DNA of 63,731 nucleotides, filler included, from Octopus bimaculoides (lineage: Eukaryota): NCBI RefSeq assembly GCF_001194135.2. It is 5 parts of 5 records of this genome, joined end to end, with 100 filler letters (N's around TTAATTAATTAA, not from the genome) between each part and the next. Parts side by side here need not be neighbours in the genome. Positions count along the whole stretch, not along the records: positions 32,930 to 59,916 come from NC_068987.1; 4 more parts are not named here. One strand, given 5' to 3'. The translations under genes were made by a program, and so were the position numbers. Below, one piece after another: positions 36,112 through 50,258 of the stretch. Each line of letters begins with the position of its first letter. Within the stretch, counting starts at the first letter, position 1. The notes beneath the pieces are model-generated. The model saw only the letters and a list, made by a program, of their open reading frames with translations. It searched no databases and had not been told where the DNA came from.

Positions 36112-36335
36112 GCAGAATCGTTAGCACGCCTGGCGAAATGCTTAGCGGTGTTTCGTCTGCTGTTACGTTCTGAGTTCAAACTCCGCTGAGGTCGATTTGC
36201 CTTTCATACTTGTGGCGTCGATTAAATAAGCACCAGTTACGCGCTGAGGTCGATGTAATCGACTTAAACCATTGGTCTGTCCTTGTTTGTTCCCTCTATG
36301 TTTAGCCCCCCCTTCTGGACAATAATGAAATAAAT
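36112..36335 (+). mobile_element. SINE family B head and core with an alternative tail
   Basis: GCAGAATCGTTAGCACGCCTGGCGAAATGCTTAGCGG...GAGTTCAAACTCCGC...GTCGATGTAATCGACTT, then TTGGTCTGTCCTTGTTTGTTCCCTCTATGTTTAGCCCC. CpGs are retained. Confidence 0.8.
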
Positions 36336-37828
36336 ATCTATGGTTACAATTAAAAGAAGGAAGAAGTTATTTTGGGCAAATACATGTGCTGTACGTAAGA
36401 GTTTAAATACATTTCACATACTTGAGCCTACACTTGCTGACCTCACCCATCACTGCATGAATACATTCAGTTAATTTTGATATAAATATATGAGTTGTAT
36501 CCGCTGCTTTTTTAATCATAATTATTCATCAAGCTAATGATTTCTCCCTCCCGACGGATGAAATTTTAATTAACAATTAAAAAAAAGAACGTTGATCACA
36601 CACACACACACGTATGCACGCGCACGCACACATTCACACACACATATATGCACACGAACACACTCAAGCACACATAGGAACACATATTAGGTTACATTTG
36701 TGACAAAAAGTTAATTAATATAATTTTTTTATAGAATTCCTGTATAGACCAAAAATTGTTAAATAATTGACTCGATTAGAAAAGTGAAATCGATTACAAT
36801 ACCAGTAATTATGTTCCGGTGGTAGGCTATGGGCACACACCGAAACGAATATCTAATTAGGGTGAATCATTTTAAAAGATGGCTCTTCAATTTTACAGTT
36901 TTATTTTATGCTACTACTAGTTGCTAGTTAATTTAGAATATAATTGACAAGTAAGACACTAGTCTTAATGGATCACGGTTAAACATCCGAAATAAAGACG
37001 ATTCATGGCTTGATCTCGTTTTACAAGGATATCTGAAGTTCTGAAACACTGATGCACTGAGCTTGAAGAATGCTCAGACATTTTCACGTTTCGAATTCTT
37101 TGAAAGCCATTTTATACTTCAAATAACTTCGAACGTCTGAGGTATGCACAAATGCTCAGAAACGAGTGTTTTTATTTTCTGTTGTTCTTCGTATTGATGG
37201 TTTTATATTGATGTTTGCTCTGAAGAAAAGGAGAAACATTTTCGTAGGTCTTGATGCTCTTGGAATACTTACAGCTAATTTCATTTTTTAAAGCACAATG
37301 CAGTAGCAACCATTTCAAAAGAATTTCCTCTGATAATCCAGCACTCTGCCCTGTACTGGTAAAATATATATCAATTCTGGAAGTATAAAGAACAAAGTTG
37401 ACGTCATCGGGAATACACTCAGATGGAGGGAAGACGAAACACTGACAAAAGTCACAAAAATGTATTGGGCATCCCTATATTCAGTAGGTTAACACCCATC
37501 TATATACAGAGAATGTAGTGAAATAATTATTGCCACATTTAATGTGAGGAGATTAATATAATTAAACTAGAAGTAAGCTTGTGGTAAGTAAATAAAAAAA
37601 GAATTAAAAACAGTCTATGACTGAAATAATTGTGATAATTTCGATACTTGTCTAAGAACACGCTGGTCATGTTTCTGTATCTTATGAAAACCATACTTAG
37701 CGAAATGTAGACATCAACGGAATCACATATGAAATCTGAGCACGATCATTAATTCAATGCATAATAAATTACACTGGAAGCCATAGAAAACGAGAAATAA
37801 ATTGTGTACACATTTCACAGCTTATGTT

Positions 37829-37834
37829 TAATTT

Positions 37835-37895
<61 letters not shown>
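37829..37895. repeat. (TA)n microsatellite
   Basis: Long TA run. Confidence 0.95.
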
Positions 37896-39369
37896 TTATG
37901 ACAGCTTCATTCATGTATATATCCAATATATCTGTCGCATTTTGTCTACGTGCGTTGTAATGCAAAATAAAAATGATCAATAATTTTATGTCTTTGGGAA
38001 AATCCTAATTTATGTGACTACAATATATTATTTTGTAAACTAGAATTTAGTATATGTGTGATTCTATGTTTATTTACCTATAAAAGGGCATAATTGTTCA
38101 TGTGTATTCCAATATAAATCAACCATAGTCTACCTCTGTGATAAAAGTAGCATTAAAAAATGATCAATAATTCTATAACTTTAGTAAAAACCACTTAGTT
38201 CAGTATATTTTTGTGTATTAGTATTAAGTATATTAAGATTATAATGTCCATTGCGTGTTTGTATTTCATATTTTAGGGTCATGCACTGAAATACAGCACA
38301 TTACTTCAACTCAATTTATATAGGTTAAATGACTTTGTTAGTATGGTCCATTATTCAACAATATTTTATGGGTTTCCAATAGGAAACATCGAATTATATG
38401 CGCGTTTCGGTATCCAACATTATTCGGCTAACGGCATAGTTTACATCTAAATAAGTCTGAATAATTTAGAGTTTGAAAAAGTAAAGTCTGCTCTAAATTG
38501 AAATGTTTGAGTTTAGTAAAAGAAATCAGAAAATATTTAATGAGAATAGTAGATTCAATATTTCTTAACTCTGAGGAAATAATATATAAAATTATACGAA
38601 AATTAATGGCACTAGTTTGAAACTAAAAACATTAATCTTCCTTGAGAAGAACTATTTACGCTAATATATTTTTATTTGAAATATATCACAATATCATATT
38701 CATGATGGCGTAGGTATCAAATAAAGGTATAGAAATTCTTTAAAATATTATAANNNNNNNNNNNNNNNNNNNNNNNNNNNNNNNNNNNNNNNNNNNNNNN
38801 NNNNNNNNNNNNNNNNNNNNNNNNNNNNNNNNNNNNNNNNNNNNNNNNNNNNNNNNNNNNNNNNNNNNNNNNNNNNNNNNNNNNNNNNNNNNNNNNNNNN
38901 NNNNNNNNNNNNNNNNNNNNNNNNNNNNNNNNNNNNNNNNNNNNNNNNNNNNNNNNNNNNNNNNNNNNNNNNNNNNNNNNNNNNNNNNNNNNNNNNNNNN
39001 NNNNNNNNNNNNNNNNNNNNNNNNNNNNNNNNNNNNNNNNNNNNNNNNNNNNNNNNNNNNNNNNNNNNNNNNNNNNNNNNNNNNNNNNNNNNNNNNNNNN
39101 NNNNNNNNNNNNNNNNNNNNNNNNNNNNNNNNNNNNNNNNNNNNNNNNNNNNNNNNNNNNNNNNNNNNNNNNNNNNNNNNNNNNNNNNNNNNNNNNNNNN
39201 NNNNNNNNNNNNNNNNNNNNNNNNNNNNNNNNNNNNNNNNNNNNNNNNNNNNNNNNNNNNNNNNNNNNNNNNNNNNNNATATCACTAGTTCTTAATCTAG
39301 TGAACACTAACTGTGTGGAAGACACGAACATGAAGAAATTAAAATTAAACATATGTAGCCTTATGCCTA

Positions 39370-39779
39370 GCAGCCCAAGCAGGAGAACCCAGTCATGGCT
39401 GACAGATAATTTCTGAGACCACATCAGCCCTAACATCTGGCCACCCAAATCTCCGGACTACACACCCTTTGATTATTATGCCTGGGACGCAGTTGGTCAC
39501 GAGGTCACGAAAATTCCTTGGAATCGACAAGATGAACTGAAGGCAAGAATTAAGGTAACATTCACCAACTTAAACAAGATCATCCAGTAGATGTGCAAAA
39601 TATTTCGAAGTCATCTGGAGACCGAGTTTCAAACCAATGGCAAATTTATTAAATGAATTTACTCTTTAGTATTTCAAGATATTTCTATGCAATTTTGGTA
39701 AATGTATCTGCTAAAATGAGAAAATAGTGTTATTTTCCTTTTTGAGTAATTTAGACGACAATATATTCACCGCATCCTG
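39370..39779 (+). mobile_element. maT/DD37D-like transposon 3' end, same family as 8511-9378
   Basis: SRRTQSWLTDNF*DHISPNIWPPKSPDYTPFDYYAWDAV...DELKARI..FTNLNK..FRSHLE...NGKFIK*. The 3' UTR and TIR (..CACCGCATCCTG|TA) are collinear with the reverse complement of 8513-8670. Confidence 0.85.
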
Positions 39780-39852
39780 TATATACTCATACACACACAC
39801 ATACACACACACACCACACACACACACTCTCTCACACACACACACACACACG

Positions 39853-39949
<97 letters not shown>

Positions 39950-42900
39950 GAGGGGTTCATACATACACATACCATTGTAAAGACTTATTAAAATATTATT
40001 TAGTTATGTTGTTATATTTTTATAGCAGACTCTAAAGATTTGTCAGTTCTTAACATATTTCAAATTGAATAGATACAGTAAAGTGTAATGTTATAGGAAA
40101 CCACTGTGGAATCATACGCTCATGTATTTGATTAGATGGGGAAATTAAAGACATTTTGTAAATCTAATAAATTTAAACACTAAACTGTATTCATATTATT
40201 TCTCTTCTAAATGATATACATTTCGAATAATACAATTTTGAAGTATGCTTTTACTAATCTTCCTTTAAAGGACATTAATGTATTCAATAGTTTCCATAAA
40301 TTATAGAGGCATCTAATAATGAAAATGCCTAAAGAGTGATAGTTAATAATAATACAAGAAAGTCAAATTTGATTTATTTTTATCATTTCGAGTAAAAATA
40401 TAACATTGATGTGTTTATTTATGAGGATACCGAGCTATTAAAATGTAAGACTAGGAGGTCCGTAGACTTACTGTATTTATGTCCAGCTTCAAACCTGCTC
40501 TTGTTCTAGATCTCATACAATGTATATCTTTACAAAATATCTCTTAAAGAAACATTAAAATTTGAGGCGTTTCATATAATCTAGCTATAGATTGTTATCA
40601 AGTGGGCGATACAGTCAACTTTGGTTAAGTCAGTGTATATAAGCGATAACTAATATTCCTTTTAAATATTTCATTTCCTATAAAACCTCCATAATTCTAA
40701 TAGTATTATAGTCACAAAAGTATGTCTAGAGTTCAACAGCTATCAATCTTTCATTTCAAAACATCTACACAATGTATGAAAAACATACAGTTCGAAATAA
40801 TGCATGTTATCTCAATACAGAATAACAAAACTACGAATTCTATAAAATGTATATATCACCTTAAAAGTCACCTATTTTTGTGACCTATTTCTAGGACATA
40901 AGATTATTGATCGTTTCGAAATACAATGTCGAAATAAATTACATTTATCACTCATTCTCTCCTTACCAATATTACTCTAACGTGCTTATCACAGTTTTAA
41001 TACCAAGAAGTGTATTAGTAGTATCTTTTCCCGTGAATATGAAACTAGTTTATCGTATGCCTTTTAATCATTTCGAACAAAATTGAGTGGTTTATTACAC
41101 ATAGTCTTATGAACCTGGCACATTGGGTCCCTGGTTTTTACCCGCGTTTATATCACGACTTATTTTATACCTGGTGGCATTAAGCAAGAGGCAGACTTTC
41201 AAATTCGAAATAAACATTTTCTTCAAGTCCCACAAAAAATGATGCTTTTCTATAAAGCACCATGAAAGCACGTAGATATACACTGCAGGTACAATCGCAC
41301 ATGCACACGCAAATACCCAGGCACACATGCAAACATATATCATAAATACTAATATAGAAAAGCATGTGCTCATGTCTTTCATCGTTAGATTCTGCATGTG
41401 TTCATGTATGGGTGCACATTTGTGCCAAAATATGAAACCACTGTGGCAATATTTATGCGAGTGTTTTATATAAAAAATAAAAACAGCTGTCAGTAGTACA
41501 CTATATATAAGATCTTGTAATATCTGGAAGTACATGAAAGTATATATTCCAACGTTTATTTATGCCGTATGTCATAAATAAATGTCGGTGTAGAATAGTA
41601 TTCAAATATGAAACAATAATATCGAAATGCGTTATTTGCTTTTATAAAAGATTAACACAAATTTCAAAATTAAGAAGTTTGCTAGAGTTTCTACTCAAAT
41701 ACCTTTAGGCTTAGATTAGACTAAATGAATAGAATAAAGTGATCGCTAAACATGATCTTTACCTTAATGCCATTATGCGAATATATTATGAAGCTTGGTA
41801 ATTATAAAATTAACTACATTCACACTCACATACATACATATACACATACAGACACACACAAACACACAAGCAAAAACACATACATTTATACAGGCACGCA
41901 TCGTGTCACTACACTCACAACTCGCCGTCATATTAATATTATGCACATAAATATTTGCAACACTCTTGTAGCAATTGGACAGATTCTTTAGAGCGTTAGA
42001 TTACGTTATTGCACGTTTGTACACTCTGAGTTCAATACCAGCCATGATCAATTCTGCATTCGATACATTTGGATAGATAAAGAAAGTACCATTTTAGGGT
42101 GGTGGTGTGGTGCAATTGCTTGATGGTGGAGCACAATATTTTACGTAGTGCCAGAAACGCTTACTAGAGCTATAGTCAAGACGTATGTACCCAAGCTGAT
42201 GGCCTTAATCTTACATATCAGCAGCTTTGCTATCACGGACAAATGATAGTATTCCTAAAATAATATCGTCGAGGCCTCTGCATACATGTGCAGGTGCATG
42301 GTCACCATTGATTAGCAAGGCCTTATAAATTGAAATACCGAGCGTCTAATTATATTGATGACAGAAATAAAATACGTTTATTTACAAACAATGATAAACA
42401 ATATGAGCTTCTCTTCGTCGCTCAGTTCCGTAGCATCAACTGGACTTAAAATGATTTTAGCCGTGTCTCCACTGCTTCAAGCAACGAACTAGATTTATGC
42501 ATTCTCATGTCTGGCCAAGATATGAAGAACAACAACAATATATCTTTTACAAAAGTTGTACAAAGATAAAGAGAAAGAGTTAGCAACGAGAAGCTTATAT
42601 GCTATCACATAATAGACGAATTTCCGTTTTATATTAACGCATTTAGTAGGAAATAAAATATTATTTCTTTAGTGTAAGCAAGTACTCTACTTTTTGAACC
42701 GAAAATATATAACCACGTGAGGCGTTCAATTAGGAACAGATATATACCCATCCAAATAAACACGGCTGCAGAATTTACAAGTAGAAAATTTGTTCCCGCT
42801 ACAAGTCCATAACTATATAAGCAGTGATTTGTCGCTACTGTTACTATTTTCATAGTTGGTGTTGGTAGTGGTAGGTTATGGCACTGGTGGTGGTGGTGGT

Positions 42901-45900
42901 GGTGATGGTGGTGCGTAATAGTAGTAGTACAATAACCGACTTCAGCACCTGATACATACTGCTAGAAATTGGTACGAAATTAATACAAAGATAATTACAA
43001 AGAATGCTCTAAGTAGAAGCGTTAGAGTTTGGGTTTTCTGTTGGTTTTCTAATTTGCGAATTATAGATGCTTCACCTTCTAGCGAATGAATAATTGATGC
43101 GATTTGCTTTAAGTGCAATCTGACTCTTTTCTTGTTGCACACTTGCTAACATCAAACTTGCCCACAAACACTGAAGTATATATGCATAACTATACCTGCG
43201 TATGTATTGTTCTTCGTGTGTTTTTCTTTCGTTATGTTCTGTATGTCCGTATGTCTGTATATGAATATTATATATTTTCCAATATTATTTGCTAGGATTC
43301 TAAAAGGATTTAATATCATTCAGGTAACTGTGTGGGTGCCGAGATTGAAAATATAATTCATGAATTATTGAAATTTATTTCACTATTTCATAAAACTAAT
43401 CATCTCCGTCTGATATGCAGCAGGAAGGAATAAAACGATTAGTCGGTTTCTTTTAAGGCATAATATAATGATATAATTATATTGCATGTTAGATTATCGT
43501 TACTACCGTTTTAACTTAGAACATAACGTGTTAACTCACTTCACTCTGATTACAGTACTAGAACTAGAGTAGGCACCTATCTTCATATACGTTTAAGCTT
43601 GCGTCATTTCCACATAAGTTCACAAGATCTTCGCATCTTGTCACCATTATTTTTTCTATTCTTTATTCCTTTACTAATTGCTATATATATATATATATAT
43701 AACGTGGCGCCAACGTGGTTCCCTTCGTACACACTTATACTTACATTTACGCCCTTTCTTTCCAGCTGATAAAGGAGAATCTCATGTATTGTTCTCACTA
43801 AAATCAGAAAGCCTGTAAGTGTAATGGCCTCAGTAAGTTCTTCCAGTGTCTACCATAAACGATGCCAGACTAAATTAATGTTCTAAATACTTGATTTCTT
43901 ATTAGCAGTCGTAAAGTTAAGTTTCAAATCACATGAGAGGAGCTGTCAATAATAACAACTAACGCTGCATATGTTTTCTCTGTGCCGGAGACATAAGACG
44001 TAGACCACCTGAGGCAGTCGAAGCAAATCCACCTTTCCCCAGTTGTATGTATATTTCTGGTACTGCTTTCTTCAACAACGTCCTGAAGGAATGAAAAATG
44101 TATATAAATTAAGAAATCATATAAATCATTATTTTATTACACAAAATACTAATTTGCCACTTTCCTTGGGACCTAAAGTACGAAGTTTGTGAATTTGAAT
44201 TGTAAATTAATGAAATCACCCAATAAATCATGCACTCTCCCGGGCATTATGAAATAATTATATGTAAAATATATTTCTGAGCGACGTAGTTATCTATATT
44301 ATAGGAAATACTGTCGCCTAATTTACATTTAAAGATCAACTTAATGCTTAATAGATAATAATATATGTTGTTCATCAAATTTACGTTGATGTTGAGATAT
44401 TGATGATAGTAAGAGATATTGCTGATAACAGTGGCTATTTTTGTTAAACATTTAGTAACAAGATGACATAAGTATATTTATTGTCAATAACTTCCCCTAA
44501 CTCATTACAACGATTACATTTAATATTCACTGGCAAATTTCCCGTATTATAGCTTACAGCATCATAAATTTCAGGATAAAAACTTGTGAAAATATAGAGA
44601 AAAAAATTTATTTCCCTACTGGTAGTGGAACTCGCTACTCCTTTACCTTGCACCATGTTTAAAATCTTGTGGACATGAATTCACTTTTGTTTCTAGCATT
44701 TGTTTCCAGCATTTTTGTTTATAATTATGCCTATGGCTATTTTACAATCCCTATCAATTTTCTATTTACCGAAACCTCTAGAATAGAATTTTCTTAAAGC
44801 TCAAGAGATCCAGCATGGAATGGAATTATATTCTTTTCTTTGTGGAGGCAGAATCTGGTTCTACATTGCGCTTTGCATTTCAAAAGACTGACAATTCAGT
44901 TTCGATGACAAATAACCGAAAAGATAAATTTCCAAAACCATTCCCTGCAAATTTCTGAATAATTATCATTGATTTACGAGTAGACATTAGCAGAGAAATA
45001 CACGATACTGTTGTACAGCCCATTAATTACTATCATACATTAATTACTATCATACATGAAATACAAATTCAAAAATAATGACGGGGTTCTACTTTGAATT
45101 CAAGGATTTCGTTCGACGCAAACGCACACGCCCACTTAATCACACACACACACACACACGCACACACACACACACACGCACGCACACACACACACGTCAC
45201 ACATACACATGTACACATACATTTCTCTCTCTATATATATAATCATATATCTAAATTGCGTGTGTGCTGTGTGTGTACACCCCACGTTCTCGTGTTCTAA
45301 ACTGACTTTACCTAAGGAAAGTCATTATTTTTCCATTCAAACGAAATCGATTGAGTACTACTTCTAAGATATGACGAAGTTAATGCATACGTTTATGGAT
45401 AAGAAATAGTTTGCCAGTGAGTAGGAAGAATATTATTCTCAACATAATTTACTCGAAACTTGTGTTCTGCTGTTTCTAAATATCCAAAGTTGCATTTGGA
45501 GCTCACGAGATGGAAATGATTCAGCTGGAGTTGACTTGGAATTTGGAATACATGGGCAGAACATATGAATCCTACCTCAATGCAGAGGAATATGCATCGA
45601 GGTTGTAATACAGTTCCACTTCAAACATGCCATGAAACTAAACTCTTCCTCTCTAATGAAACATATCGATATTCCAAAATTATTTATGAAATATCATAGG
45701 CATGTTAAATATATATTTGAAGAAAGGTAGAGCATAGTGTCGAAAATTGAAATTGTTTATGCACAGTGGAAAAATATCCTTTTTCTATTATTATTCTGTG
45801 GTACTTCATTCGGAGTCGATAGCGCAAGCATTGCGAAATCTGTATCGATTATAGACAACAATTTTAGAATAATTGAAATAAAACAGAAATTTTCTTAACA

Positions 45901-46479
45901 ATTTCGTATTGATTTTTTGTTCAATTTACATTGTAAAGACAACTAATGACACTTTTGGTATTCAGAATTGTATTATTGAAAAAAGAAAACATAAAGAATT
46001 CACTCGAAACAAACCACAAAAGAACAATATCAATAATAATATTAAGAATATATGAATGAATAAATAAAAGAATATTGTTATCTCTATCATTGTTTTTGCT
46101 GGTAGCAGCAAAAAGATGACAGGAAACCGTGTGAAGATAGAACAGTAAACAGAATAATATAATGAAGGGGATTAGAATGCAAAAAGGGGTTAACGAAAAA
46201 CAGTGCGTATGATAAATAAGACAAGCTAAAGAGTGGGGAAAATATTAAGAAGAAGAGAAGAAATCTAGAGAGATATCATTACCAGCAATCACAGAGAGAA
46301 AATAAATTTATGGAGAAAATTGCTTGGTGGCTAAAACAGAGGTTAAATTTGTGAATGTATATTTTAATTATCTTTTCGTTTATATGTCATTGAAATATCG
46401 GAAAAAATGTTCACATGGAATTTTAAAAGTGTTGATGCATACCTAATCCTATACGTAAACTAATTGGATTCACGGTGAA

Positions 46480-47340
46480 TTAACAAACAAGGAAACAAAA
46501 TGCCAGGTTGTGTTTAATATGAGACTAGAACGTTAAATAGTTCCGTTCAACACGAAAGATGTGTAGCCATTATCGTCTTGGTGGGGTAATTCTTTTTTTT
46601 TGTGATTTATATTAGTCCTGCGCAGACATCCAAATATGATATTTAGCAACTGGAACTATATGTCTCGCAAAATAATTTAAGTTTCGAAAAAAAAATCCTA
46701 TCAGAAATCGTAACATTGCACATAATTATTATATCTCGGGAGCCCAGTTGATAAAACATTTGCCTTTAATTCTTGGCAAGCAGATAGCTGCTAGGTGACA
46801 CTGAAACAGCCAACATATTTCAAGAAGTAATATTAACTGTTAATTATAGAAAACATGTCGACGTATTATACCGAGTCTCGCAAATACTAATTTGCATCAT
46901 ATAAATTTTATCATGAATCTATTGACACAATCCAGGTAGTAAAAATCGAATCGCAATGTTGTTAACATTAACGATACTGCCAAATATAGGACTGATTTTC
47001 TCAATTATCTTCAACTAGTGACCCTCCTAATAACTTCCTACTAAAAGCTGGTGAACTCATTTTTTTAATACAAATTTCAGGTGAGCCAAAATTCTGTAGC
47101 GAGGAACAAGTATTGCTGTGAAACTTCTTATGTTTCATCTAATCGAAACTACCAAAATGATTCAATGTAGCAAGCATTCTAATTTCAAGCATCCCACATC
47201 ATTCCGTCGTGTGCTATTTTTAGTCACACTAATTCAGATATATTCAACTATGCCACACACAAAAATTTCTGCGTGGAAATTATTTGTACGTACAACATTT
47301 GAAGTGGTTTCCCACTCATTGGTGACCGTCTAAATTTGAA
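46480..47340 (+). mobile_element. Helitron RepHel helicase fossil
   Basis: With frameshifts: RLGGVILFFCDLY (~GGKVVLLAGDFRQ), HESIDT (~YKSIDT), TDFLNYL/DPPNNFLLKAGELIFL (~EFLNSL..PPH.L.LK.G.PI.L), VKLLMFHLIETT (~VKKLMPHVIEAT), SFRRVLFLV (~FKRLQFPV). Confidence 0.7.
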
Positions 47341-47384
47341 ACTTCTTTTAATTAGTTATTACATTATATTGTGAACTAGTGTTG

Positions 47385-47620
47385 CCTTGCGATCAGTGTT
47401 GCACTCGCGATCGAAAATTCAGGGTTTCAATTCCTGGACTAGTTGGTGTGTTTCGTGTTTCAGCAAAACACTTCAATTCATGTTAATCCGATTCATTCGG
47501 CTCCAAATGAGTAGCCCTGAGATGGGCTGGTGCCCCGTTCAGTGGTGTATTAATTTTGGGTCATGTACACGTAACGAAAACCGGCTAAACCGGCTTGTAG
47601 GTTCGACAACAGAAGTTTAA
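47385..47620 (+). mobile_element. Degenerate tRNA-headed SINE
   Basis: GTGTTGCACTCGCGATCGAAAATTCAGGGTTTCAATTCCTGGAC...AGCAAAACACTTCAATTCATGTT is similar to the head at 18150. Confidence 0.55.
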
Positions 47621-49421
47621 TATGTCCAAGTTATTTATTATGTTATATAATTTCTAGCCCGATATATCTGTTTCATGTTAGCTGAAAGGGAAACGTATCA
47701 GAAATACGCCAGAAAATTTCAGTATAATCACACTACAGACTGCTTAGGTGTGGATTGCAAATTTCAGAACTTCCTGGCATAATGCCACGCATCATGAAAT
47801 AATAGAACTACTCAACATGTATCATGTCACTTACAAAAGCGATAATATCTCTGACACCGGCCATATTGATTAGAGCATTGACTAAAAATCGAGTGAGAAA
47901 TAATGTGCAAATTTTTTCAAGTTCTGCTCTTCTTACGACATGAACTACAGAATATTTGGCTTACGTTAAAGTTGTGCATCATTCTCCTGAATTCGCTCAC
48001 GTAATTTGACAAATAAAAGAGTTTTAAATTTGTGTTAGGAGAGAACTCGTGGTGTATCTGAATAGTTTGTGGAAGAAATTGTGTGAGGTTATGAACAGTG
48101 GATGTATCACATCGAACTGGGGTATGAAATGGAAATGTCAGCATTCCCCTATCAGGAAATTTTCAAATCTGGAGAGGTTATGCCGACAGTGCTTCAGTGG
48201 TTTATTTTAGGACGGGATGTGATGGTTCGTGGGGACCAATTCATTATTAGGATCTAACAGTAAACTGTTATTTGAATTGCAATGCGCTTTGCTGCAAGGT
48301 GACGCCAGTACTTTCATGCAAATGCTGACTACTCTAGAGACACGCTGTGGTATTGTAAGACCATTTTGTTCCCAAAATGTTGCTCAATCCATTAAAATCC
48401 ACTGGGAATTGAAATTCGAGAATTTGAAGATTACTTCATATAATTCTACTCTTGCCATTATCGTTCATTTCGGATTCACCTTCCGAAGCCTTCAATTTAC
48501 CGCAACTCAAGATCCAAAGGTAGCATGTAGACTTCGTCATAATTTAGCTGAAATATATATATATTACAAATAACGGGAATATATTGAAAACAGAGGTAGT
48601 GGTATATCAAGAATTATATACTTGTAATAATAAATATATAAAAAAAAAATATTTTATATGGTGGCGCCTCAGCATGGCCACTAACTTTGGCTGAAATAAG
48701 TGAATATAAAAATATTACGAAAAATAGGTCACTGGTCATTATAGTTTACCGAGCAAATGAAAGCAGAATTTTATCAACAACATCAAAAGCAAATATTACA
48801 ACGCGATCATCATTATCAGTTGTATGATCAAGGAAAACAGCATCACCTAATCATTAACTTTACATTGACAACAACAAAAGCAACAACAGCAAAATAAACA
48901 AAAACAGCGAATAAAACAAAATACAGCACGAATTATTTTATTTTCAGGTATATACATTCATCGTCGTGAATAGAGAGAGACGACGATTAATGATGCACGT
49001 ACAACTAATTTCCCGTCAATAGGAAAGATAATTACAAGTGCAATGCAGATAAAAGGATGACACCCCCTTTTTATAACACAATTTAAAATATCCAATTATG
49101 ATTCTGCGGCTGAGGAAAAGTTCCTACACTTTTGTTTGGATTCAATTTCCATCGCACTAATATGAAGTTTTACTTCAGATACTAGAACTTTCTCATATAA
49201 TCATTCTATTTCTGTACATACATATACACACACGCATATATAAATGTCTGTCTGTAGGTGTACGCGTGAGTATTCATGCTTATATATGTACATACATATA
49301 TAAATATATAAGTAAATTCAAAAAAGGATAAAACTCTTTTACAATAATTTTATCAAGAAGCCAGTGTGTAAAAAAATTCATAAGGGAAATTTCTATTCCC
49401 AAGAATATAATTATTCGTTTA

Positions 49422-49592
49422 TATTTATATAAAGGGCATTATTACAGAAAAATAATAATGCCACACAGTGGACTTCTCAAAATAACCACATTTAGTACCT
49501 AATGCGAGGATTATGGTACTAAATGTGGTTATTTTGAGAAGTCCACTATGAGGCATTATTATTTTTCTGTAATAATGCCCTTTATATAAATA
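49422..49592. repeat. 171-bp foldback palindrome (MITE-like)
   Basis: Arms 49422-49499 and 49515-49592 are complementary except for a small internal mismatch; short loop around GCGAGG; TA-rich flanks. Confidence 0.85.
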
Positions 49593-49847
49593 AATAAATA
49601 CATATATATATACAAACGCTGGTCAGTAGGTAGGTAGGTGCTTATGTATTTATGCATGTATGTGTGTATGTATGTATGTGTATAGCAGCGGTGAAATGAA
49701 GATTCAAATACATTTATCGAATTAGATATATTAGATATGTACACAATCCATTAAGAAGCGTACAATAATATTCACCGAAAGATTACATTCCAGGCTTTTA
49801 GCTTAGATGGCTACTCAACAGGTACACTTCTGACAGCATAAATATTG

Positions 49848-50258
49848 TTTTCTATTCGAGGAACATGGCCCGAAATTTTGGGGAAGGTAGCCGGTCGATT
49901 AGATCTATCCCAGTACGCAAATGGTACTTAATTTATCAACCCTGAAAGAATGAAAGGCAAAGTCGGCCTCGGCGGAATTGAATTTGAACTCAGAACGTAA
50001 AGACAGACGAAATACCACAAGGCATTTTACCCGGTGTGCTAACGTTTCTGCCAGCTCGCCACTTTAAAATATTCTTTTCTGCTCAAGTCACAAAACCAGT
50101 CGATTAGGTCTATCCCAGTACTCAACTGGTACTTAATTTATCGACCCCGAAAGGATAAAAGGTAAAGTCGACCTCGGTGGAACTTGAAAGTAAAGACAGA
50201 AGAAATACATCTCAGCATTTCGCCCGGCGTGCTAACGTTTCAGCCAGTTTGCCGCTTT
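49848..50258 (-). mobile_element. Tandem pair of family B SINEs flanked by a 17-bp direct repeat
   Basis: Two B monomers (about 49848-50070 and 50074-50258). TGACAGCATAAATATTG occurs at 49831-49847 and 50259-50275. Confidence 0.85.

Noticed and set aside
37210-37250. CTGAAGA-AAAGGA-GAAAC...GTA
   Set aside because: No helix II and only wobble pairs in helix I; expected by chance.
45490-45606. Protein-like stretch AFGAHEMEMIQLELTWNLEYMGRTYESYLNAEEYASRL*
   Set aside because: Short, weak AAG acceptor, no recognisable family.
47900-48570. Possible Penelope RT thumb fossil (PTNHHIP..HCRHNL) on the minus strand
   Set aside because: Only one faint motif and no RT catalytic motif visible.
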